Assembly: GCA_050293845.1 (NCBI GenBank)
Contig: JBNKNM010000003.1
Location: 35,447 to 96,968 of the forward strand
Direction: 5' to 3'
Source: Pseudobacteriovorax sp.
Lineage (GTDB): Bacteria > Bdellovibrionota_B > Oligoflexia > Oligoflexales > Oligoflexaceae
Length of the DNA stretch: 61,522 nt
The notes under the pieces were generated by a model. That model made no database searches and was not told the origin of the DNA. It was given only the letters and a program-made list of their open reading frames with translations. The translations under genes and the position numbers were made by a program. Shown piece by piece: positions 30,152-38,800 of this stretch; position 1 is the first letter of the stretch; each line of letters opens with the position of its first letter.

Positions 30152-31774
30152 TTGGAAAATTTACACATCTCTATTAATAGAGAAGAACATTCTCTATTAA
30201 AGGACTCATGTTGGACTTTTAAGTATTTGCCGCAAAATCTGAATGAGAAAGATCAATGGAAATTTCAGAATTTTGGCAGTGGATCTACTACCGAGGCTGA
30301 ATATCCCCTTATACACCAAACAATAGAGCAATTTGCTTTACGACGACCTCATATGATTGCTGCCAAACATCTTGATAATCAAATAACCTATGGAGAACTC
30401 AACGCAAGAGCGGAAGCTCTCGCTAACGAAATGTATGCTCGTGGAGCGAGATCCGGCGATTATATTGGCGTCTTTATGGAACGGTCCATTGAGATGGTCA
30501 TTGCAATTCTCGCTACATTGAAACTTGGAGCTGCCTACGTACCTCAAGATATCCGTATCACCCCCAAATCTTGTTTAGAAAAAATAGCAAACGCCGCAAA
30601 ACTTAAAATTATCTTAACAATCAATAAACACCTCACATGTGCATCTGACATTTTTTTGCCAAAAAGCGATGTTATAGCTGTGGATCAAAGCCACTTTCAA
30701 GACGTAACCCCACGACCGATAGATTTAGTTCAATATTATAAACACGAGTTGAATCAGAGTTGCTTTGTAATATTTACATCTGGTACAACGGGTGATCCCA
30801 AGGGAGTTGTAGTATCTCACAAAAATGTCGGTAATATTTTGTTTAATGATCCAGGAAATCTGGGAATTAAGCCTGGTGACAAAGTTGCACAGATTTTAAA
30901 CATAGCCTTTGACATGGCCGCCTGGGAGATTTTGGCAACCCTGACCCATGGAGCAACCCTTTTGATTCGCGGTAGTTCTATACAGGAAACTGCTTCCCAG
31001 GTAGACGTATTAATTGCAACTCCCACCATATTATCGGGCCTCGATGCTTCAAAGTGCACTCAACTTAAAACCGTTGCTGTAGCAGGTGAACCTTGTCCGA
31101 AGCCCTTAGCAACCCTGTGGTCGAAATTTTCGCGATTTTATAACAGTTGTGGTCCCACTGAAGTTACCATTGTTAATACCATGCATCATTTCGATCCAAG
31201 AAGAAAAAAGATAAGCATCGGAAAACCCAACCCCAATACTACGGTGTATATTATCGATGGAAATGAAATGCCATTACCAATAGGTGAGATAGGAGAAATG
31301 TGGGTTGGGGGAGATTGTGTGACTATGGGATACCTGAATGATCCTAGTCAAACGCAAGAACGCTATCGCCCCGATCCATTTCTTGGGGGAAATCGTAAAA
31401 TGTTTCGCACCAAGGATCTTGCAAGATGGACAGAGTTTGGCGACCTTGAACATTTTGGACGTACTGATGATCAAGTAAAAGTAAAAGGGGGATTTCGCGT
31501 AGAGTTGGATGCCGTATCTTCTGTCCTTGAAGAAGTTCATGGAGTTGAGCAGGCAGCTACAGTATTGATTGATGGAAATTTATATTCTTTTGTCGCAACT
31601 GTCTTAAAATATTTTCAACCCTTACAGGACCATATTTCTCAAAAACTACCTTATTACTACCAACCAGAAGAAATTATCGGCCTCCAAGAATTGCCTAAAA
31701 CGTCTCGTGGAAAGACAGACAAGAGGAAGCTTAAAGAGCTGATCACAGAAATCAAAAGGGAGTCCTATGTATGA
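30152..31774 (+). CDS. Stand-alone NRPS-type amino-acid adenylation domain (no carrier or condensation domain)
   Basis: ITYGELN, LKLGAAYVP, FTSGTTGDPKG, AFDMAAWE, GPTE, GEMWVGG, FRTKDL, GRTDDQVKV, PKTSRGKTDK; ends about 15 aa after A10. Start uncertain (30098, 30140 or 30152). Confidence 0.9.
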   Translation: MENLHISINREEHSLLKDSCWTFKYLPQNLNEKDQWKFQNFGSGSTTEAEYPLIHQTIEQFALRRPHMIAAKHLDNQITYGELNARAEALANEMYARGARSGDYIGVFMERSIEMVIAILATLKLGAAYVPQDIRITPKSCLEKIANAAKLKIILTINKHLTCASDIFLPKSDVIAVDQSHFQDVTPRPIDLVQYYKHELNQSCFVIFTSGTTGDPKGVVVSHKNVGNILFNDPGNLGIKPGDKVAQILNIAFDMAAWEILATLTHGATLLIRGSSIQETASQVDVLIATPTILSGLDASKCTQLKTVAVAGEPCPKPLATLWSKFSRFYNSCGPTEVTIVNTMHHFDPRRKKISIGKPNPNTTVYIIDGNEMPLPIGEIGEMWVGGDCVTMGYLNDPSQTQERYRPDPFLGGNRKMFRTKDLARWTEFGDLEHFGRTDDQVKVKGGFRVELDAVSSVLEEVHGVEQAATVLIDGNLYSFVATVLKYFQPLQDHISQKLPYYYQPEEIIGLQELPKTSRGKTDKRKLKELITEIKRESYV

Positions 31775-33117
31775 GAAATTCTCAAGTCAAAAAAACGATT
31801 TTGCCCATAAATCGTACCGAAACTTTGCCCCTTCCAACGCCCAAGTTACTACCAAGTTTGATTAAGCATCCATGGGTGATGCCATACAATCGGCTCGCTT
31901 TTTTGATGGTTACCATCAATATATGTGTATACCTACTGTACCAGCATTCCCTAACAATTCCGGATATAAGTTGGCTTATCATCGGCAACTTTGCACTCGC
32001 GATTTTTATAAGGCAACAATACGTTATTAATTTATTGTTTTATATTGCAACCAGCATACCTCTCTCCTGGCCGCTTTCTATAAGATGGGCTGCTGGAAAA
32101 GTTTATCACTTCGGTGGTATTAATGTTGGATGTTTTGCATCCGGTACTTTGTGGCTCGCATTTTACATATGGAAACAATGGCTAGGATTAAATAGTCATT
32201 CTAGCAATGGTCTTGAACAATTGATTTTTTCACTTTCGATTTTAAATTTTATCATCCTTTCTGCAATTATTATCTTCGCCTTACCTAAGATCCGGCATAA
32301 AATTCATAACACCTTTGAGGTTATAGGACGCTTTGGGCTATGGTCTTCGGTGCTAATATTCTGGGTGCTATCGGTCTGCGTAACAAAACTACAGTTTTCC
32401 CCAGATACTTGGCTAGTAGAATGGATCATGAATCCACAAGTATGGTTACTTAGCTTAATGACTTTTAGTATTGCCCTCCCTTGGATGAGGTTAAGAAAGG
32501 TTCCTGTTGAAATGGCTGTTCCTTCCCCTCATGTATCCTTATCAAGATTTAATTATGGGGTAACTCCATTCGCGGGCTCTTCAACGGATTTAAGCCGTAG
32601 TCCTCTATTTGAATGGCATTCCTTTGCTAATGTGCCGTCACCAGGAAAAACAGGATTTCGGCTTACAATTTCCCGCGCTGGTGATTGGACGGGCTCATAT
32701 ATCGATGATAAACCTTCAATGGTATGGGTAAAAGGCATACCCACAGCTGGTGTGGGAAACATTGAAAACTTGTTCAAAAAAGTGATTTGGGTGGCCACCG
32801 GAAGTGGAATTGGCCCCTGTCTTCCACATTTATTAGCGGGAAATGTTGAAGCCAAATTGATTTGGTCAGCACGCACTCCAAGAAAAACCTACGGCGATGA
32901 GCTAGTAAATGAAATTCTAAAGTGCCAACCCGATGCTGTAATGTGGGATACTAAGACACAGGGGAAACCTGATCTTGTTACGCTAGCCTATGAAAATTTT
33001 AAAAATTTTGACGCCGAAGCTGTCATTTGTATTGCCAATAAAAAGTTAACTTTCCAATTGAATTATGAGCTTGAGCGACGTGGTATTCCGTCGTTCGGTG
33101 CTATTTGGGATTCTTAG
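31771..33117 (+). CDS. Integral-membrane ferric-reductase/NOX-like oxidoreductase (about 6 TM + FNR-like FAD/NAD(P)H domain)
   Basis: Hydrophobic N-terminal half; EWHSFA, AGDWT and VATGSGIGP motifs; C-terminal GIPSFGAIWDS; ATGA overlap with the A-domain stop. Confidence 0.8.
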   Translation: MRNSQVKKTILPINRTETLPLPTPKLLPSLIKHPWVMPYNRLAFLMVTINICVYLLYQHSLTIPDISWLIIGNFALAIFIRQQYVINLLFYIATSIPLSWPLSIRWAAGKVYHFGGINVGCFASGTLWLAFYIWKQWLGLNSHSSNGLEQLIFSLSILNFIILSAIIIFALPKIRHKIHNTFEVIGRFGLWSSVLIFWVLSVCVTKLQFSPDTWLVEWIMNPQVWLLSLMTFSIALPWMRLRKVPVEMAVPSPHVSLSRFNYGVTPFAGSSTDLSRSPLFEWHSFANVPSPGKTGFRLTISRAGDWTGSYIDDKPSMVWVKGIPTAGVGNIENLFKKVIWVATGSGIGPCLPHLLAGNVEAKLIWSARTPRKTYGDELVNEILKCQPDAVMWDTKTQGKPDLVTLAYENFKNFDAEAVICIANKKLTFQLNYELERRGIPSFGAIWDS

Positions 33118-33140
33118 ATCATAGTAAAGAGAGGTTCGTC

Positions 33141-33926
33141 TTGTTTTCCTACGAGTTTTTATCTGTACGATTTCTTGATGAGATTGTTGAAGTCATGATC
33201 AATAATCCAAATAAGTTAAATGCACTATCTCCCAAGGTTTTAGTTGAACTACGTGAATGCTTTTTAAATCTAGAGAGCAGTTCACAAGACATAAGAGGTG
33301 CTTTGTTGACCAGTGCAGGTGATCGTGCCTTTGTTGCTGGAGCAGATATCAAGGAGCAAAGTCGAATGAGCCCTGATGAGGGAAAGAAATTCTCTGCTCT
33401 AGGTCAGGAAGTAAATAATTGCATTGAAAAGGTTAAATTTCCGGTCATAGCCTGTGTTGACGGCTTCGCATTAGGAGGAGGTTGCGAAATTGCAATGGCC
33501 TGCGATTTTATCTACGCTACTGAAAACTCTATTTTTGGTCAACCCGAAGTGCGACTAGGATTGATTCCTGGATTTGGTGGATGTATTCGCTTGGCTCAGC
33601 GAGTAGGTTTAGCAAAAGCTAAAGAACTTATTTATACCGGTCTTAAAATTAATGGTAGAGAAGCTTTTAGAATTGGTCTGGTAAACCAAATTTTCAAAAA
33701 TAAAGCCGATTTGCTAGCTGCTGCTACGGAAACACTAAGGGTCATCTCAAAAAATTCTCCTTATGCAGTATCTCTTTCTAAAGAAGTCTTAGTTAACAGC
33801 GAGGGGTTTCACCCTACTGAGGCATTTGCAATGGAAAAAGAGGCGTTTTTCAGAGCTTTTTCCTCAGAGGAAAAGATTGAAGGGGTTAGTGCTTTCATTG
33901 AGAAACGAGAGCCAGTGTTTAATTAA
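33141..33926 (+). CDS. Enoyl-CoA hydratase/isomerase (crotonase)
   Basis: LNAL, AFVAGADI, GFALGGGCE, FGQPEVRLGLIPGFGG (both catalytic Glu present), AFIEKREPVF. TTG start after an AGAGAGG RBS. Confidence 0.92.
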   Translation: MFSYEFLSVRFLDEIVEVMINNPNKLNALSPKVLVELRECFLNLESSSQDIRGALLTSAGDRAFVAGADIKEQSRMSPDEGKKFSALGQEVNNCIEKVKFPVIACVDGFALGGGCEIAMACDFIYATENSIFGQPEVRLGLIPGFGGCIRLAQRVGLAKAKELIYTGLKINGREAFRIGLVNQIFKNKADLLAAATETLRVISKNSPYAVSLSKEVLVNSEGFHPTEAFAMEKEAFFRAFSSEEKIEGVSAFIEKREPVFN

Positions 33927-34450
33927 ATATATCTGAATTGGTGATTTTGTAAGTCAGTATTTTAACGGTGTAGCCAAGGAGAAGGTTCTCACTGACCTAT
34001 ACAAAATCGATCATCCAAGAGGTAACCACGTACATATTAACGATCACGGACTAAGGTCCGTGTCGCAATCATTCAAAATATATGGTTAGAAAAGGCTGCT
34101 CGAATATTCTTTGAAACTTCCTCTTCCGCCTTGGCCCTATTATTAAGCCTGACCTCTGCAATCTCTTCTTTTCTATCCCTTCCCCCAAAATAGTTTGCAG
34201 ATTTTTAATTTATCCGGAAAAACTAATCCATATTTATTATAGATAAAGTTCTTATGTGCTTGGCCTATCCATTGCATCTTGTAAAGAAAAGATTCTACTT
34301 TGTAGCGACGGCAGAGTCTAGAAGCTGGAAATAACAGTGGAACTAGCATTCTGCTATGCTGGTAAATACATGTATGTTAATATGACGCTTATAGAGCTCT
34401 TTGGGGGAGCTTATTCATTTCTGTTAGTTAATTAATGATGGAGTTAAATT

Positions 34451-35050
34451 ATGTGGAATATGAACCTGATAAGACCCCAATCCCTTGTTTTAATTGGATT
34501 ATTTTCTTTTGTTTTAAGCAGTTCCTGTGCAACAAATGAGGACACCTATGACGATCCTGAGGAGTTTTTGTCTAGTCTCGACCCCATTCCTGTCTCATCC
34601 TCTGACTCTGACCAATTAGTGGGCACTGATCAGAATGTAATCAAAGACAGGGTGGAGGACTTTGCTATCGATAAAAACTATGAAACCTTCGACCCTTCAG
34701 GAATCGTCATAAAGTTTGAGTTTGACAGCGATATGCTGACGCCTGAAGCCATAGCAGCCCTAGATAAAATCGTTTCCGGCTTGAAGAAAGATGCTTTAGC
34801 AAGAATATTTGTCCGGGGCCATGCCGATCAGCAGGGACCAGAAGATTACAATGATGATTTAAGCCGCAGACGCTCTATTAAGATATTTAACTATCTTACA
34901 AGCCATGGCATCGACCAAGAGCGGTTAATACGAGTGCATCTTGGGGAATCAGAACCTCTGATCGATGAGTATACGGTGAGGGCGTTTCGCCAGAATCGCC
35001 GCGGTGACTTCAGCCTCGACTATGGTGGGGGAGCTTTTACTAGTAAATAA
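34451..35050 (+). CDS. OmpA/Pal-family peptidoglycan-binding lipoprotein
   Basis: Lipobox-like SSSC; FEFDS, GHADQQG..DYN..LSRRR, GESEP, NRR. Confidence 0.88.
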   Translation: MWNMNLIRPQSLVLIGLFSFVLSSSCATNEDTYDDPEEFLSSLDPIPVSSSDSDQLVGTDQNVIKDRVEDFAIDKNYETFDPSGIVIKFEFDSDMLTPEAIAALDKIVSGLKKDALARIFVRGHADQQGPEDYNDDLSRRRSIKIFNYLTSHGIDQERLIRVHLGESEPLIDEYTVRAFRQNRRGDFSLDYGGGAFTSK

Positions 35051-35056
35051 TAATGG

Positions 35057-35080
35057 AGGACCTCATGGAGGTCCTTTTTT
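35057..35080 (+). terminator. Intrinsic terminator overlapping the 3' end of the convergent gene
   Basis: AGGACCTC-ATG-GAGGTCCT followed by a T-tract. Confidence 0.7.
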
Positions 35081-35962
35081 ACTTTGAGCCTTTATGGCTG
35101 CTTTTGCGATAATACGGGCAAGACCTTCAATTTTATTCTCATCCAATTGAATGGTATCAAGATTCAGCTCTTGGGGTCTCCTGATGTTTGCCAACATATG
35201 CTTGGGTACATCGATAGCGATGCCGCGGGTGTTAAGTAAATGCCGGTTCATAAGAAAAGCTGGTTCGGCTACATAGGGATGATTTTCGACAAAGTCGATC
35301 CCAGCCTCGCGGAAGCCTAGAGCCAGGAAATTTTTTAGAAAGTTACAGCCTATTTCATTCCCGCTTCCATCTTGGCTAATGATATCGATACTACGTAAAT
35401 TCTCTTGGGTTTTCGGAGCCTGTAAAAACTGCTGGCAGTAGCTTTCCAGATTATCAAAAGTTTCTTTAAAAGTATGCTCTTTACCTTCTTTCATCGGACT
35501 AAAACTCGCCATAGTATGGATATCCAGCAATAATCCTTCGCTTTTATTCAGTCTGTCGTAGAGTTCGTCAAGGACTGTCAATGAGTTTTGGTGTATCTGC
35601 AACCAATCCTCTTGATGGTTATCTAGTACCGATGCGGGCAGGGCTTCCCTTAAGCAATGATCTAACTGACGACCTCCGTCAAGTAACCCGCGAGGGTAAT
35701 CCAGTTCACAGACTATACAAGTGAAACCGCGCTCATGGACCTGCTTGGCTATGGCGTGGGCAAGCTCTTGGGCACCAAAATCACTCTCGATTTTGATGTA
35801 GGTTTTAAAGACATCACTTTTATTTTTTACCTCGGGGTGATCGAAAATTTGGGGGTATTCATTGAAAAAATTATTACCTTGAGAGCTATGGGGCGAGACA
35901 ATCAAAAAAGACAGTGGTGACTCGTCACTCGCGAAATGTGTTATATTTAGCATAAAGGTCAT
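35063..35962 (-). CDS. N-formylglutamate amidohydrolase-like zinc hydrolase
   Basis: IVSPHS, SDFGA.ELA, PRGLLD..R, LLLDIHTM, ENHPY. Start uncertain (35962 or 35953). Confidence 0.55.
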   Translation of the reverse strand: MTFMLNITHFASDESPLSFLIVSPHSSQGNNFFNEYPQIFDHPEVKNKSDVFKTYIKIESDFGAQELAHAIAKQVHERGFTCIVCELDYPRGLLDGGRQLDHCLREALPASVLDNHQEDWLQIHQNSLTVLDELYDRLNKSEGLLLDIHTMASFSPMKEGKEHTFKETFDNLESYCQQFLQAPKTQENLRSIDIISQDGSGNEIGCNFLKNFLALGFREAGIDFVENHPYVAEPAFLMNRHLLNTRGIAIDVPKHMLANIRRPQELNLDTIQLDENKIEGLARIIAKAAIKAQSKKGPP

Positions 35963-36278
35963 ATTCCCATTAATAGATGTGAAAAAAAAACAAACTGCAA
36001 GATATTCGAGATACTTTAATATAGACTTTATAATCATTTATTTAAACTGGGATCTGAGCCATAGAGTTCGCAATACCCTTTGAAACCCTTGGTAAATGGT
36101 AGTGGCAAGCAATTCGCTATTTAACCTGAATCAAGGAGGACATAGTACCGGAGTGCACTCTCCCTAAAAGAGGGCACTGTTTCTAAGCAACGCGGAGTCA
36201 GGTGAAATATTTGGATCTGGGCTTTAATTTGAGTGATGAGTCATTTGATATTTCACACTAAGTTTTCTTGAGGTGCCT

Positions 36279-37646
36279 ATGCAAAAAGAATCTCTAGATG
36301 CGATTAAACAGAAGATTGTCAGTTCTCCTCACAATAAGGTTAAAGTGGCAATTGTAGATATTGATGGCGTACTAAGAGGTAAATACATCCACAAAAATAA
36401 GTTCTTATCCGCCTTAGAAGGTGGATTTGGATTCTGCAATGTGGTGTTTGGCTGGGATTCCGCAGATGTGTGCTACGATAATTCTGAGTTTGCAGGTTGG
36501 CATACAGGATATCCTGATGCGCAAGTTAGGCTTGATATTGCTAGCTATCGGGAGATCCCATGGGAAGGCCAGGTCCCTTTCTTTTTAGGGTACTTTATTG
36601 ACGGCTCTGGGCAAAGGCTTTCCATTTGCCCGCGATCTTTATTAGCATCGGTGGTGGAAAAAGCTGAAGCTGCTGGATTCAAAGCAATGTTTGGTTGCGA
36701 ATATGAATGGTTCAATTTCCAAGAATCTCCAGATTCGTTGCATGCTAAGGAGTTCAAGCAGATCAAACCGTTGACTCCTGGTATGTTCGGTTATTCGGTA
36801 CTGCGTGCAAGTTTAAAACATGAGTTTTTTCACAGTCTTTTGGATGATTTAGAAGCTTTCAACATTCCCCTTGAGGGTTTGCATACAGAAACGGGTCCCG
36901 GGGTTTATGAGGCAGCGATTATGGTCAGCGATGCCCGTGAACAAGGGGATCGGGCGGCTCTTTTCAAAACCGCTGTTAAGGAGATTGCCTACCGTCATCA
37001 GATACTTCCTAGTTTTATGGCACGCTGGAATACAAGTCTTCCTGGGTGTAGCGGCCATCTCCATCAAAGCCTTTGGGATGAGAAGGGTTCTAAAAATCTT
37101 TTCTTTGATTCCCAGGGACAGAATCATATAAGTCAAGTTTTCGAATGTTACTTGGCTGGTATATTGAAGCTATTACCAGAACTTTTACCCCTCTATGCTC
37201 CCACAGTGAATAGTTACAAGAGATTAGTGGAGGGCTATTGGGCACCAACGCGAGCGACATGGGGGATCGATAATCGTACTGTGGCTATGCGCGTGATTCC
37301 CGGTAGTGAAAAGTCGACCCGTCTGGAGGCTCGTATTGGTGGTGCTGACATGAATCCTTACCTGAGCATTGCCGCTAGTCTAGCGGCCGGTCTATATGGA
37401 ATCGAGAAGGGGCTCAAATTAGAGGATGAACCCATCAAGGGTAATGGTTACGCATCAGACAGAGGGGAAAAGTTACCTACAAATCTTTATGAAGCCGCTC
37501 TAAAATTTAAGAATTCTGAACTTGCTCGGGAATTGTTCGGTGATTTTTTTGTTGAGCATTTTGCTCAATCCCGCTTATGGGAATGGAGACAGTTTCAAGA
37601 GTCCATTACTGATTGGGAGCTTAAACGATATTTCGAAATTATTTAG
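36279..37646 (+). CDS. Glutamine synthetase-like gamma-glutamylamide synthetase (PuuA/GlnA4-like)
   Basis: DIDGVLRGK, EYEWF, HTETGPGVYE, GCSGHLHQSL, NSYKRL, WGIDNRT, RLEAR. GYWAP stands in place of the true-GS GYEAP flap. Confidence 0.88.
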   Translation: MQKESLDAIKQKIVSSPHNKVKVAIVDIDGVLRGKYIHKNKFLSALEGGFGFCNVVFGWDSADVCYDNSEFAGWHTGYPDAQVRLDIASYREIPWEGQVPFFLGYFIDGSGQRLSICPRSLLASVVEKAEAAGFKAMFGCEYEWFNFQESPDSLHAKEFKQIKPLTPGMFGYSVLRASLKHEFFHSLLDDLEAFNIPLEGLHTETGPGVYEAAIMVSDAREQGDRAALFKTAVKEIAYRHQILPSFMARWNTSLPGCSGHLHQSLWDEKGSKNLFFDSQGQNHISQVFECYLAGILKLLPELLPLYAPTVNSYKRLVEGYWAPTRATWGIDNRTVAMRVIPGSEKSTRLEARIGGADMNPYLSIAASLAAGLYGIEKGLKLEDEPIKGNGYASDRGEKLPTNLYEAALKFKNSELARELFGDFFVEHFAQSRLWEWRQFQESITDWELKRYFEII

Positions 37647-37657
37647 CGAGGCAAAGT

Positions 37658-38788
37658 ATGGTTTCACAATTTAATTTTCCGACTGTTATCCGCTTTGGCA
37701 TTGGAGCTAGTAGTGAGATTTCGTCCCAACTCCTAGATCGTGGGCTGAACACCCCCCTGTTAGTCACGGATGAGCAAATCAGATCTTTGGCGTTTGTGCA
37801 GCAAGACATCCTGAGGCCTATGGAAACAGCAGGTCTTAAGGTTAAAGTTTATAGTGGGTTCTCAGGAAATCCGATTAAGACTCATGTTGATAAAGGCGTG
37901 GAAGCATACAAAGAGGGAGGCTGCGATAGTCTTGTCATTCTAGGTGGGGGTGCTGCTCTAGACGTGGGAAAAGCCATAGCTCTCATGGCTACTCACCCTG
38001 GGGAGCTCTTTGATTATGAAGATGGCAAACCTGATGCACGGCCCGCAAACCAGAACCTGCCTCTTATGATTGCTGTCCCCACTACAGCTGGTACAGGAAG
38101 CGAAGTCGGTCGTAGTTCTGTTATCTCCGATGATCATACCAAGGAAAAAAAAATAATATTTGCACCACAGATGCTGCCTGACGTGGTGATTGCTGACCCT
38201 CAGCTCACTATAGGGCTTCCAGCGGCAGTAACGGCTGCCACTGGCATTGATGCCTTAACTCACCTTCTGGAAGCTTATCTTGTGGATGCATTCCACCCTA
38301 TGTGTGATGGTATTGCCTTGGAAGGAGTCCACTTAGTAGCTGAAAGTCTTGAGAAGGCAGTCAATAATCCTAGTGATATTCAAGCTCGCAGTCACATGCT
38401 TATGGCTTCAATGATGGGGGCTGTAGCTTTTCAAAAAGGCTTAGGAGTCAATCACTCTTGTGCCCACGCGCTTTCCACAGTCTTCGACCTCCACCATGGT
38501 CTAGCGAATGCATTGATGCTAAAGGTATGTATGAATTTTAACTATGAGACTGTACCGGAAAAATTCGATACTTTGGCCCAACGCTTGCGTTATCCTACAG
38601 GAAGCGATGCTTTGCAATGGATCGGAAGCCTTATGGAAAAGATAGGAATTAAATTAGGATTGAAGCATTATGGCGTTAGTATCACAGAAAGATTACTGGA
38701 TGTTGCCGTGGCAGATATATGCCATCCTATGAACCCGAGGAAAGTTCATAGAGAGGATTTTAAACAATTGTTTAAGGAAGCTTTTTAA
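37658..38788 (+). CDS. Iron-containing alcohol dehydrogenase
   Basis: GGGAALDVGK, PTTAGTGSE, DALTH..E, GVNHSCAH, HHGLANA. Confidence 0.93.
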   Translation: MVSQFNFPTVIRFGIGASSEISSQLLDRGLNTPLLVTDEQIRSLAFVQQDILRPMETAGLKVKVYSGFSGNPIKTHVDKGVEAYKEGGCDSLVILGGGAALDVGKAIALMATHPGELFDYEDGKPDARPANQNLPLMIAVPTTAGTGSEVGRSSVISDDHTKEKKIIFAPQMLPDVVIADPQLTIGLPAAVTAATGIDALTHLLEAYLVDAFHPMCDGIALEGVHLVAESLEKAVNNPSDIQARSHMLMASMMGAVAFQKGLGVNHSCAHALSTVFDLHHGLANALMLKVCMNFNYETVPEKFDTLAQRLRYPTGSDALQWIGSLMEKIGIKLGLKHYGVSITERLLDVAVADICHPMNPRKVHREDFKQLFKEAF

Positions 38789-38800
38789 GGGGAATATACG

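Noticed and set aside
34045..34062. Hairpin CACGGAC-TAAG-GTCCGTG resembling an IS200/IS605 end
   Set aside because: Only a 7-bp stem, with no associated tnpA/tnpB sequence recognised.
36279..37646. Calling this gene glnA (true glutamine synthetase)
   Set aside because: The Glu-flap is replaced by Trp and the catabolic ADH/ALDH context points to a gamma-glutamylamide synthetase.
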